This document shows, piece by piece, positions 17,517 through 26,561 of a stretch of 64,000 bases of DNA; position 1 is the stretch's first letter; the number at the start of each line of letters is the position of its first letter. This DNA comes from Acidobacteriota bacterium (GTDB lineage: Bacteria > Acidobacteriota > Thermoanaerobaculia > Multivoradales > SZUA-115). The notes beneath the pieces are model-generated. The model did no database searches and was not told the DNA's origin. It saw only the letters and a list, made by a program, of their open reading frames with translations. The position numbers were made by a program, and so were the translations under genes. The stretch covers positions 40,991 through 104,990 of the forward strand of contig JAJRVQ010000197.1 in the NCBI GenBank assembly GCA_024277255.1, written 5' to 3'.

Positions 17517-17617
17517 AGCGCAATCATACCGCTGCCCGATCAACCATTTTCACCGGCGAACGCGCACCACTTCCTGAAGTGCAGAAGGATTGCTCTCGTT
17601 GCTGAGGGCTACTCCCG

Positions 17618-18676
17618 CTACCTATGGTGTAGCCCACTGGCCAGTTCGCCGTGCAACCGGCCGGGCAATCCAGGCCCCTCGAAGATCAGCCCGGTGTAGA
17701 GCTGGACGGCGGCGCAGCCGGCATCCAGCAACTCCTCGACCTGCTCGGAGGTGGAGATCCCTCCCACGCCGATCACCGGTATGCGACCGCGAGCGGCCTC
17801 GAGAGCGGTGACGATACTCCAGCGCGCCAGCGGCCACAGCGGCCGGCCGGAGAGGCCGCCGCTCTCACCAGGATCGCGGCGCAAGCCGGACTCCCCGACC
17901 TGCGCGGCGAGGGGCCGAGTCACGGTCGAGTTGGTGGCGATCACCCCTTGGATCCCAAGGGTAGCGGCGAGATCGACCGCCTCGGCCAGCGCTTCGGCCG
18001 CCAGGTCCGGCGACAGCTTGAGGAAAACGGGCGTGTCCCGCGCCGACGACGACACCGCCGGCAGCAACCGCTCAAGAGCCGACCTCTCCTGCAAGTCGCG
18101 CAGACCCGGGGTGTTCGGGGAGGAGACGTTGACGGTGAAATAGTCCGCCAGCCCTACCAGCCGTTCGATGGAGGTCACATAGTCCTCCACCGCCTCTCCC
18201 GGCGGCGTCACCTTGCTCTTGCCCACGTTGACTCCGACCGGTACCTTGGGCCACTTGCCCGCCCTCTTCAACCGGCTGAGCCGCGCGGCGAGAGCGGCGC
18301 TTCCCCGGTTGTTGAAACCCATCCGATTGATCAGCGCCCGATCCTTGGCCAGACGGAAGAGGCGCGGTTTCGGGTTGCCCGGCTGCGCATGAGCGGTCAC
18401 CGTCCCGACTTCGATGAAACCGAAGCCCAACGCCTCCCAGACCGGTATCGCCACGCCGTCTTTGTCGAGACCGGCCGCCAGACCCACCGGACCGGCGAAC
18501 GGCAAGCCGGCGACCTCGCTCGCCAGCTCCGGTGGAGGCGCATCGGCCCCCAACGAGGCCACCAGCGCCGTCAGTTCGGGAGCCAGGGAGAGCGCCGCAA
18601 AGAGGCGGTTGTGCGCCGTCTCCGCACTCAGGCTGAAGAGCAGCGGTTTGAGCAGTCGGTAGCTCGTCCTCAACAC
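17618..18676 (-). CDS. pyrD: dihydroorotate dehydrogenase (quinone), class 2
   Basis: N-terminal LLKPLLFSLSAETAHN, GFIEVGTVT, INRMGFNNRG, GVNVGKSK, NVSSPNTPGLRDLQ, IIGVGGI. Confidence 0.9.
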   Translation of the reverse strand: MLRTSYRLLKPLLFSLSAETAHNRLFAALSLAPELTALVASLGADAPPPELASEVAGLPFAGPVGLAAGLDKDGVAIPVWEALGFGFIEVGTVTAHAQPGNPKPRLFRLAKDRALINRMGFNNRGSAALAARLSRLKRAGKWPKVPVGVNVGKSKVTPPGEAVEDYVTSIERLVGLADYFTVNVSSPNTPGLRDLQERSALERLLPAVSSSARDTPVFLKLSPDLAAEALAEAVDLAATLGIQGVIATNSTVTRPLAAQVGESGLRRDPGESGGLSGRPLWPLARWSIVTALEAARGRIPVIGVGGISTSEQVEELLDAGCAAVQLYTGLIFEGPGLPGRLHGELASGLHHR

Positions 18677-18704
18677 CGCCGCAGTTTATGTCACCCCGAA
18701 TCCA

Positions 18705-20054
18705 TTAGGAGGGTTTCTCATAGCGATAGGTCGGATCGTGTCTGGCCCGCCGCAAGTAGGCTGCAATGCCCTCGATCGTGGAGGCGGTCAAGCTCCGCGA
18801 AAAGGCCGCCTTTTGAAAGATCAGCAACGCCGCCACCGCCTCGCGGTGCACATCCTGCGCGTGAAAGATGGGGAGCATCTGCTGCGCCAGTTCGATGACT
18901 TCGGCGTTGCGACCGTGATCGAGGTAGAGCAGAGCAAGATCCAACGAAACGAGGGCTGCATCGTAGCCCACCTCATTGGCCAGGAATCCCTCACGCGCGG
19001 AGACGAAGGAGCTCTCCGCATCGGCGAATCGCTCCTCGGCCGCCGCCAGCTTGCCCTCCACCCAGCGCAGCCTGAGCTGGGTCCAGAAATCGGGATACTC
19101 GCGGTAGTCGGACCGCGAGAGATCGAGCTGCTTGCGGGCCTCGGCGCTACGCCCACGGTCGAGTAGGGTGCAGATCAGGTTGTGACGGGCGCAAAGCAGC
19201 AAGCGGGTGTCCCGCCGCGGATCGATCAGACTCACCGCCCGCCGCAACACCGGAATCGCCTCTTGAGCCGAGCAGGCTTCGCGCAGGCCATAGGCTTTCT
19301 TGACCAGGGCTCTGCCTTCGAGATGCAACTCGCCGGTCTCTCGGTAAATCGTGATGACCTCGTCCAGGAGGTACTGCGCCTCGTCGAAACGTCGCTGGTC
19401 ACGCCGCAACGAGGCCTGCAACGACAGCACCTGTGCCATCACCAGGGGATCTCCCGCCCCCAACTCGAGTGAGCGCCGGGCGCGGTCGATCGCCTCCTCG
19501 GCCTCGCGCAAGTCGGAAGCCATGCGCAGTCCGTTGGCGAAATAGGCGTGGCCGAGCGCTCTCACGTCTTCGAGAAACGAGGCGCCGTACTTCCATGTAT
19601 CCAGCCGGCCGACCAACTCGATCGCCAGGCGAGCCAGCAGCTGAGCCACGACGGGATCCTCGAAAGCGGCCCTTCGGCTCTCGTTGATCAGCAGGTCGCA
19701 GACACCCCAGGTCTGGTACCGGGACTCCTCCTCGAGCAGCCGTATCTGCTCCTCCTCCCCCACCACGGAGGCCAACTCCTCCACCAGCGCCGGCGCCTCC
19801 CGGCGTTCGCGTTGCAGGTCGACGCAGCGCCGAGGCAACAAGTCCAAGGCACTATCAAAAGCCGCCGAGTATTCGACCCGGGCCAACTCGGCGGCAGCGG
19901 ACAGAGCCCCCTCGGACTGCTCCGTCCACTGACGCCGACACTGGGGACAGACCTCAACCAGATGGCGCAGAAGAACCCGCACCACCTCCCATGGGCTGAT
20001 CTCTCCGCGCATCGCGCGGCGAAGTAATCCCCAATCCAAATGGCTATCCGGCAT
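18705..20054 (-). CDS. hypothetical TPR-like protein with N-terminal CxxC motif
   Basis: AAAGGAG is 6 nt upstream of ATG 20054. N-terminus ...LLRHLVEVCPQCRRQW. The remainder is helical-repeat-like (AxxYxxxG, RFDEAQYLLDEVITIY...). Confidence 0.65.
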   Translation of the reverse strand: MPDSHLDWGLLRRAMRGEISPWEVVRVLLRHLVEVCPQCRRQWTEQSEGALSAAAELARVEYSAAFDSALDLLPRRCVDLQRERREAPALVEELASVVGEEEQIRLLEEESRYQTWGVCDLLINESRRAAFEDPVVAQLLARLAIELVGRLDTWKYGASFLEDVRALGHAYFANGLRMASDLREAEEAIDRARRSLELGAGDPLVMAQVLSLQASLRRDQRRFDEAQYLLDEVITIYRETGELHLEGRALVKKAYGLREACSAQEAIPVLRRAVSLIDPRRDTRLLLCARHNLICTLLDRGRSAEARKQLDLSRSDYREYPDFWTQLRLRWVEGKLAAAEERFADAESSFVSAREGFLANEVGYDAALVSLDLALLYLDHGRNAEVIELAQQMLPIFHAQDVHREAVAALLIFQKAAFSRSLTASTIEGIAAYLRRARHDPTYRYEKPS

Positions 20055-20104
20055 GATTCGCTCCTTTCAGCCTTCCTTGACCTTTGAAGATCTACCTCTC
20101 TACC

Positions 20105-20116
20105 GGTAACGTTACC
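20105..20116. promoter_or_regulatory. perfect 12-bp palindrome GGTAACGTTACC upstream of TPR gene
   Basis: Read directly. Lies 51-62 nt upstream of ATG 20054 on the minus strand. Function unknown. Confidence 0.25.
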
Positions 20117-20144
20117 TGAAAAGGAGACTTTGTGACGTAGATAG

Positions 20145-20182
20145 AGAAAAAAGATCTCGATACAGTGTCTGTATCGAGATCT
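20145..20182 (-). terminator. rho-independent terminator
   Basis: Minus strand reads AGATCTCGATACAG-ACA-CTGTATCGAGATCT (14-bp perfect stem) followed by TTTTTTCTC, 10 nt after the stop of the small repeat-protein gene. Confidence 0.8.
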
Positions 20183-20191
20183 CAATCGAGG

Positions 20192-20530
20192 TCAGTGATT
20201 GCCGTCCGGATCCATCCCGGAGCCAGCTTCAACCGGGGTTCCGTCCGGATCCATGCCGGATCCCGCCTCGACCGAAGCGCCGTCCGGGTCCATCCCGGAA
20301 CCGGCTTCGACCGGTTGCCCATCCGGATCCATACCGGAGCCGGCCTTGGTCCATCCACTCACCCGACTCAACCAGCTAAGCCAAATAAAATGAGAGACTT
20401 CCATCACCCGCACAAAAGTTGACTCCGACTTCTCCACGGTCGACTGGGCGGTCGCGGAGAGCGGCACCAAGAGCGCCGCGAGAGCAAACCAGAGGACGAC
20501 CACGAGAACGAATCGTTGCTTTCTGACCAT
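20192..20530 (-). CDS. small secreted protein with 4 tandem 13-aa repeats (AGSGMDPDGxxVE)
   Basis: ATG 20530 with GGAGG 5 nt upstream. Signal peptide MVRKQRFVLVVVLWFALAALLVPLSATA. Trp-rich segment HFIWLSWLSRVSGW. Then KAGSGMDPDGQPVE AGSGMDPDGASVE AGSGMDPDGTPVE AGSGMDPDGNH-stop. Confidence 0.7.
   Translation of the reverse strand: MVRKQRFVLVVVLWFALAALLVPLSATAQSTVEKSESTFVRVMEVSHFIWLSWLSRVSGWTKAGSGMDPDGQPVEAGSGMDPDGASVEAGSGMDPDGTPVEAGSGMDPDGNH
20201..20347 (-). repeat. 39-bp tandem repeat, about 3.8 copies (coding)
   Basis: Units 20201..20239, 20240..20278, 20279..20317 and a partial 20318..20347, sharing ccgtccggatccat[c/g]ccgga. Confidence 0.9.
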
Positions 20531-20665
20531 CGAATCCTCCTTGCAGGCGGATCCCAGGCCGACCCTCATGGTCAGACCGTCCCGCCCACCAAGGAAGGTG
20601 CGCCAAGGCTCAATAGCCAGGACAGAAATAGAGAAGAAATTATCTCTAAAGACGATTTTCCGTCA

Positions 20666-21757
20666 TCAGAGACTGATCTTCTGCCCTCGGTTGAGTAGAC
20701 CAAATCCGCGCTCGGCGATCTCGCGGCGGGCCGCGGACTCGGTGAGCAGCGCCGGGTTGGAGTGGTTGAGGTGGGTGAAAAAGACCTCGACGCGATGCGA
20801 GGAAACCTCTTCGGCGAGGAGGTCCATCGTCTCGGTGATCAACGGGTGGCCGATCGAACTCACGTCACGGCCGGGCAACTCGTCCAAGGAGAAAAAAGTA
20901 CCGTCCGCCACCAGGACATCGACCTGCTCCTCGGCCAAGAGTTCCAGCAAGGGCCGCGGCCAGGCCCGCCAGGAGTCGGTATCCGGCACATAGAGCAGTG
21001 TCCGCCGCGGCCCGCTCAGCAAGTAGGCGACGGTGTCGGAAAATTCGTCTCGATGAGGCACCGCAATCGGTGTAAAGGACACTGCGCCCCCCAAGTCGAC
21101 CGGCTGGCCCGGAAGCGTCTCATGGAGTTTCAACTCGCCCTTGTCCACCAGCTGACTCCACGGCCCGTTGTGGCGCAAGAAGGCGGCCATCCTCGGCGTG
21201 CAGTAGCCGGTGACGCCTGAGGCGTGCATCACCTCGAAGCCAAAATGGGCCAGCCCGAGGTAATGGCCCATGTGCGCGTGGGTCAGGAGGATACCGTCGA
21301 GCGGGGTGCGATCCACTCGCCCCACGGACGGCTCATCGGCCTGCCACCGGAAAGGCCGCAACAGGTGGAGTTGCTCTTCCACATCCGGCGTCGCATCGAT
21401 CAGGTAGACCGCCGGGGCGCCCCCGTCCGGCGCCGGGATCACCACTCCCAGAGCTGTGACCAGGCGGCGCTGGCGTGGATCCCGCCGCGCCAGCTCGCAA
21501 CGCTCACAGCTACAGCCGGCGTGGGGCAACCCGCCATCTTGCACACTGCCCAAGGCAATGACGGTCGGGCCGTCCAGTGGCACCTCGGACAGCACCTCGG
21601 ATAAAGAGAACTGATCAGGATGGGGATCGTGGAGCGGCGAGACTTCCGCCGGCTGCGACGAAACTCGATCACCGGCAGCGCAGCTCGCCAGGAGCAGCAG
21701 GATCGGCGGCAGGACAAGCCACAAGAACCACTTGGAAAAAGTCATAGTAGCGATCAT
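20666..21757 (-). CDS. exported MBL-fold metallo-hydrolase, PhnP/PqqB-like
   Basis: Lipobox LLLLASC. N-terminal Cys cluster GSVQDGGLPHAGCSCERCELARRDPRQRR, as in PhnP/PqqB. LLTHAHMGHYLGL metal motif. Confidence 0.75.
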   Translation of the reverse strand: MIATMTFSKWFLWLVLPPILLLLASCAAGDRVSSQPAEVSPLHDPHPDQFSLSEVLSEVPLDGPTVIALGSVQDGGLPHAGCSCERCELARRDPRQRRLVTALGVVIPAPDGGAPAVYLIDATPDVEEQLHLLRPFRWQADEPSVGRVDRTPLDGILLTHAHMGHYLGLAHFGFEVMHASGVTGYCTPRMAAFLRHNGPWSQLVDKGELKLHETLPGQPVDLGGAVSFTPIAVPHRDEFSDTVAYLLSGPRRTLLYVPDTDSWRAWPRPLLELLAEEQVDVLVADGTFFSLDELPGRDVSSIGHPLITETMDLLAEEVSSHRVEVFFTHLNHSNPALLTESAARREIAERGFGLLNRGQKISL

Positions 21758-21842
21758 AGCGCCGCCGGGATGCCGGCCAGACCCAGCGCACCCGCCCTAC
21801 GAGCCCTGGTAGAGTGCGCCTCCTCGATCTCCGGAGAACCCG

Positions 21843-24176
21843 ATGACTACGAATTCCCCCGCCAGGTGGGCTCAAGCCACTCTTGTGGTGCTGCTTGCGC
21901 TCCTCCCCGCCGCCGGCGCCCCGGCTGACCAAGACGGCCATCACGACCATGCCCCTGACGCCGAGCACCTCCTCGGCTTCAGCGCCGAGAACTCCCTGCG
22001 CCAGCGCCAGCTCGAAGCTCGCTTCGCCGCCCAACTCGAAGCCGGTAATCTCAGCCGCTGGATGGGTCGGTTGAGCGCCCGGCCGCACCACGTCGGCTCC
22101 AGCCAGGGTGGGCGCAACGTAGAGTTCATGGCCCGGCAGTTCGCCTACTGGGGGTTTGAAACCGAGATCGAGGAATTCGAAGTCCTCTTCCCGACCCCCA
22201 TTCTGCGCACCCTGAAACTGCTCGAACCGGTTTCTTTCACCGCTGAGCTGAGCGAAGGACCGATCCGCGGCGACTCGACTTCGACCGTCACCCAGGAACG
22301 GCTGCCTCCCTTCAACGCCTACTCGATCGACGGCGACGTCACCGGCGAGTTGGTCTACGTCAACTACGGCGTGCCCGCCGATTACGAAATACTGGCCCGC
22401 CGTGGGGTCGAAGTCGAGGGCAAGATCGTCATCGCCCGCTACGGTGGTTCATGGCGCGGCATCAAACCCAAGGTGGCGGCACAGCACGGCGCCATCGGAT
22501 GCATTCTCTATTCCGATCCGCGCGACGATGGCTACTGGCAAGGAGACACCTACCCTGTCGGCCCCTACCGGCCGGCGCAAGGGGCGCAGAGCGGCTCCGT
22601 CGCCGACATGCCTCTCTTCCCCGGCGACCCGCTCACCCCGTTCGTCGGCGCCAAGCCCGGCGTCGAGCGGCTGGCCCGCCAAGAGGCGTCCACCTTGACC
22701 AAGATCCCGGTCCTTCCCATCTCCTACGCCGACGCACGGCCGCTGATGGAGCAGCTGGGCGGCCCTGTCGCACCAGCGGCGTGGCGCGGCGGCTTGCCAC
22801 TGACCTATCACCTTGGACCCGGGCCGGCCAAAGTTCATCTGACGGTCGCTTTCGATTGGCGGCTGGTGACGGCGAAGAACGTCATCGCCCGCCTGCGAGG
22901 TGCGCAACGGCCGGACGAGTGGATCGTGCGCGGCAACCATCACGACGCCTGGACCTTCGGCGCCAAGGATCCGGTCAGCGGGCTGGTGGCGATGCTCGAA
23001 GAGGCGCGAGCCGTGGGCAACTTGACCAAAACCGGCTGGCGCCCGCGACGCACCATCGTCTACGCCGCCTGGGACGCCGAGGAACCGGGACTGCTCGGCT
23101 CGACCGAGTGGGTCGAGGAACACGCCACGGAACTTGGCGCCAAGGTCGCCGTCTACGTCAACAGCGACTCCAACGGCCGTGGTTTTCTCGCCGTCGGCGG
23201 CTCGCACAGCCTTGAGGCCTTCATCAACCAGGTGGCTCGCGATGTCGAAGACCCGCAGAAGCAGATCCCGGTGATCGAGCGGGCGCGAGCCGCACGCATC
23301 CTCCACGGCTCCGCCGCCGAACGCGAGGCGGCACGCCAGCGGCTCGACTTGGCGATCGGTGCCCTGGGTTCCGGTTCCGACTATTCACCCTTCCTGCAGC
23401 ACCTGGGAATCGCCAGCTTGAATCTGGGTTTTCGCGGCGAGAGCGGCGGCGGCATCTATCACTCGGTCTACGACTCGTTCGATCACTACCAGCGGTTCGG
23501 CGACCCGGGCTTCGCCTACGGTGTGACCCTGGCACAGACGGCCGGCCGCGCCGTCCTGCGGCTGGCGCAAGCCGAGGTGCTGCCCTTCGAGTTCACCGCT
23601 TTCGCGCGCTCGGTTTCCACCTACGTCGACGAACTGCGCACCCTGCTCGACACCACCCGCGAGGACTACGCGGAACTCAACCGCAAGCTCGACGAGGGGG
23701 TTTTCGAGGCCGCTTCCGACCCGACCGAGACCTTCGTCGCGCCGCGGCGCAAGGGCAGCGTACCGGAACTCGACCTGGCACCTCTCGACACCGCCGTTGA
23801 ACGGCTGAGCGCCAGCGCCGAGCGCTACCTGCCGCTCCTCGGGGAGGTCGCCACCCGCCCTCTATCCGCCGCCACGCGCAATCGAGTCAACCGCCAGGTC
23901 GCCGCCAGCGAACGAGCGCTCACCCGCCAGGAGGGGCTGCCCGGACGGCCCTGGTATCGCCACCACATCTACGCTCCCGGCTTCTACACCGGGTACGGCG
24001 TCAAGACGATTCCCGGCGTGCGTGAGGCCATCGAGCAGGGCGACTGGTCCTTGGCGGCGGCTCAGATTCCGCTCGCCGCCGCGGTGCTGCAGCGCTACGC
24101 CGACCGCATCGACCGCGCCGCTGACCTGCTGGCCAGCGAGATCCCGGACCCGGCGGCGGTAAAGAGCCCAGACTAG
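21843..24176 (+). CDS. M28 family peptidase, glutamate carboxypeptidase II / transferrin-receptor-like (PA + M28 + dimerisation domains)
   Basis: Signal peptide. GKIVIARYGGSWRGIKPKVAAQHGAIGCILYSDPRDDGY (PA domain, GCPII-like). NHHDAW, WDAEEPGLLGSTEWVEEH, SGSDYSPFLQHLGI. C-terminal helical domain. Confidence 0.85.
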   Translation: MTTNSPARWAQATLVVLLALLPAAGAPADQDGHHDHAPDAEHLLGFSAENSLRQRQLEARFAAQLEAGNLSRWMGRLSARPHHVGSSQGGRNVEFMARQFAYWGFETEIEEFEVLFPTPILRTLKLLEPVSFTAELSEGPIRGDSTSTVTQERLPPFNAYSIDGDVTGELVYVNYGVPADYEILARRGVEVEGKIVIARYGGSWRGIKPKVAAQHGAIGCILYSDPRDDGYWQGDTYPVGPYRPAQGAQSGSVADMPLFPGDPLTPFVGAKPGVERLARQEASTLTKIPVLPISYADARPLMEQLGGPVAPAAWRGGLPLTYHLGPGPAKVHLTVAFDWRLVTAKNVIARLRGAQRPDEWIVRGNHHDAWTFGAKDPVSGLVAMLEEARAVGNLTKTGWRPRRTIVYAAWDAEEPGLLGSTEWVEEHATELGAKVAVYVNSDSNGRGFLAVGGSHSLEAFINQVARDVEDPQKQIPVIERARAARILHGSAAEREAARQRLDLAIGALGSGSDYSPFLQHLGIASLNLGFRGESGGGIYHSVYDSFDHYQRFGDPGFAYGVTLAQTAGRAVLRLAQAEVLPFEFTAFARSVSTYVDELRTLLDTTREDYAELNRKLDEGVFEAASDPTETFVAPRRKGSVPELDLAPLDTAVERLSASAERYLPLLGEVATRPLSAATRNRVNRQVAASERALTRQEGLPGRPWYRHHIYAPGFYTGYGVKTIPGVREAIEQGDWSLAAAQIPLAAAVLQRYADRIDRAADLLASEIPDPAAVKSPD

Positions 24177-26116
24177 TGCTCACCGTCCGCGACCTCACCC
24201 TCTCCTACGGCGGCGACCCTCTGCTCGCGGCTGTGCGCTGCCGGATTGCGGCCGGCGAGCGCATCGCCCTGGTCGGCCGCAACGGCAGCGGCAAATCGAC
24301 CCTTCTCAAGCTGCTCGCCGGCGAGATCGAGCCGGACGGCGGAGAGATCGTGACCGGCGCCACCACGCGGATCGCCCGACTACCGCAGGAGGTGCCGCAG
24401 TCCATCGCCGGCGACCTCTTCGACGTCGTGGCCTCCGGCCTGTCGCAACTCAGCGAACTGCTCAGCGAGTACCACCGGTTGAGCCAAACCCTGGAGGAGC
24501 CGCGTAGCCTCGCCCGCCTGCAAGAGGTGCAGGCGGCCATCGATGCGGTGGGAGGGTGGGATCAAGAGCGACGGGTCGAACGGGTGATGTCGCGGCTCGA
24601 TCTGCCGCAGACGGGCCGCTTCGAGACCCTCTCGGGCGGGCTGAAACGACGAGTGCTACTGGCCCGCGCACTGGTCGCCCAGCCCGACCTGCTTCTCCTC
24701 GACGAACCGACCAACCACCTGGACGTCGCGGCGATCGAGTGGCTCGAGCAACTGCTCCTAACCTTGCCCGGCACCTTGGTCTTCGTCACTCACGACCGCG
24801 CTTTCCTACGCCGGCTGGCCACTCGCATCTTCGAGCTCGATCGCGGCCGGTTGACCGACTGGCCGGGCGATTACCCGCGCTACCTCGAACGCAAACACCA
24901 TCAATTGACCGTACAGAAAGCGCAAGAGGCACGATTCGACAAGAAACTGGCGCAGGAGGAAAGCTGGGTCCGGCAGGGAATCAAGGCACGTCGCACGCGC
25001 AACGAGGGGCGCGTGCGGGCGCTCGAACGGCTGCGCGAGCAGCGCCGCCAGCGCAGAGAGGTGACCGGCAAGGCCAAGATGAGGGTCGAGGCCGGCGAGC
25101 GTTCCGGCAAGATCGTGATCGAAACCGAGGAACTCTGTTTCAGCTATCCTAACCAAACCACCGGCGAGGCGCCCCAACCCTCTCAGCCCACGCCGGTGTA
25201 TCTCGTCGAGGGGTTTTCGACCACCATTCAACGCGGCGACAAGATCGGCATCCTGGGACCCAACGGTTCCGGCAAGACCACCCTGCTCAAGCTGCTGCTC
25301 GGCGAGCTATCACCCACGGCGGGGAAGATTCAGCGCGGCCGCCGGCTGGAAGTCGCCTATTTCGATCAGCACCGCGAACAGCTGGACGAGGAGCTGTCCG
25401 TCGCCGACAACGTCGCCGAGGGCAACGACACGGTGACGGTCCAAGGGCAGCAGCGCCACGTCATCAGCTATCTCCAGGACTTCCTTTTCCCCCCCGAGCA
25501 GACCCGCAGCCCGGTGGCGACGCTCTCGGGAGGGGAAAGAAACCGGCTGTTGCTCGCCCGCCTCTTCACCCGATCCTTCAACTTCTTGGTGATGGACGAA
25601 CCGACCAACGATCTCGACATCGAGACTCTCGAGCTGCTGGAGTCCCTGCTCGTCGAGTTCGAGGGCACCCTGCTTCTGGTCAGCCATGACCGTGCCTTTC
25701 TGGACAACGTCGTCACCAGCACTCTGGTCATGGAGGGAGAGGGCCGAGTAGGCGAATATGCCGGCGGTTACAGCGACTGGCTGGAACAACGGCCGAGCCC
25801 ACCGCCTCCCCCTTCCGAGACTTCGACCACGGCCAAGACCGCCAAGAAGGGGAACCGTGGAGCCAAGACCGCCGAGGTCGCCAAGAAACGCAAGCTGGGC
25901 TATCGCGAGAAGCTCGACCTGGAAGCCTTGCCCGGCCGGATCGAAGAACTCGAAGAGGAACGCGCCGCCCTCCATACCTCCTTCGCCGACCCGGACTTCT
26001 TCCAGCGCGAGGGCGCCGACGCCGCGGTCCGTGCCCACCGCCGTCTGGCCAAACTCGAAAGCGAACTTGAAGCCGCCTACACCCGCTGGGAAGAACTCGA
26101 CTCGCGCAGCAGCTGA
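24176..26116 (+). CDS. ABC-F family ATPase (Uup-like)
   Basis: Two ABC cassettes (GRNGSGKST, GPNGSGKTT; LSGGLKRR, LSGGERNR; LLLLDEPTNHLD, FLVMDEPTNDLD) and a basic coiled-coil C-terminus. The GTG start overlaps the upstream TAG by 1 nt. Confidence 0.9.
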   Translation: MLTVRDLTLSYGGDPLLAAVRCRIAAGERIALVGRNGSGKSTLLKLLAGEIEPDGGEIVTGATTRIARLPQEVPQSIAGDLFDVVASGLSQLSELLSEYHRLSQTLEEPRSLARLQEVQAAIDAVGGWDQERRVERVMSRLDLPQTGRFETLSGGLKRRVLLARALVAQPDLLLLDEPTNHLDVAAIEWLEQLLLTLPGTLVFVTHDRAFLRRLATRIFELDRGRLTDWPGDYPRYLERKHHQLTVQKAQEARFDKKLAQEESWVRQGIKARRTRNEGRVRALERLREQRRQRREVTGKAKMRVEAGERSGKIVIETEELCFSYPNQTTGEAPQPSQPTPVYLVEGFSTTIQRGDKIGILGPNGSGKTTLLKLLLGELSPTAGKIQRGRRLEVAYFDQHREQLDEELSVADNVAEGNDTVTVQGQQRHVISYLQDFLFPPEQTRSPVATLSGGERNRLLLARLFTRSFNFLVMDEPTNDLDIETLELLESLLVEFEGTLLLVSHDRAFLDNVVTSTLVMEGEGRVGEYAGGYSDWLEQRPSPPPPPSETSTTAKTAKKGNRGAKTAEVAKKRKLGYREKLDLEALPGRIEELEEERAALHTSFADPDFFQREGADAAVRAHRRLAKLESELEAAYTRWEELDSRSS

Positions 26117-26230
26117 CGGCCACTCACTAGCCTTCTTTCGTCGTTGTCCGCCTACTTCCCATGCTTGGTGGGAGTGGTAGCATTTCGGAAAATCAGCCCT
26201 GATCACCCAACTTTCAAGTGGAGGATCGGC

Positions 26231-26548
26231 ATGCGGCGTTTTCTGCTGTTATTGCTTCTTTTTCTGGCGCTGACTCTGCTCGCGTTCTTCTGTATCCGCC
26301 ATCATGCTCCGGCCATCGAGGCCGACTTGCAGGTCCGATCGACGGCCGCGCTCTCGGCAGCCGCCATCACCGGCGCGAGAGCGACCGTCGACGGGCGGGA
26401 TGTTCTTCTCGAAGGCACGGTCGCCAGCGAAGAGCTGAAAAAACAGGCCGAAAAGGAGATCCGGGCCATCGAAGGAACCGCTCAGATCACCAACCGGCTG
26501 CGGATCGGCGCCGGCAGCGTAACCGGCGGATCGAGTTCCGCCTCGTGA
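26231..26548 (+). CDS. BON domain membrane-anchored protein
   Basis: GGAGGA is 6 nt before ATG 26231. TM MRRFLLLLLLFLALTLLAFF. BON-like VDGRDVLLEGTVASEELKKQAEKEIRAIEGTAQITNRL. Confidence 0.7.
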   Translation: MRRFLLLLLLFLALTLLAFFCIRHHAPAIEADLQVRSTAALSAAAITGARATVDGRDVLLEGTVASEELKKQAEKEIRAIEGTAQITNRLRIGAGSVTGGSSSAS

Positions 26549-26561
26549 GGGAGAACTGACT

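Noticed and set aside
20201-20347. CRISPR array or minisatellite interpretation of the 39-bp repeats (and of the (GGY)24 tract at 7427..7498)
   Set aside because: The repeats are directly adjacent, with no unique spacers. They are in frame and encode a repeated peptide inside an ORF that has a signal peptide, SD and terminator. The Gly tract is likewise coding.
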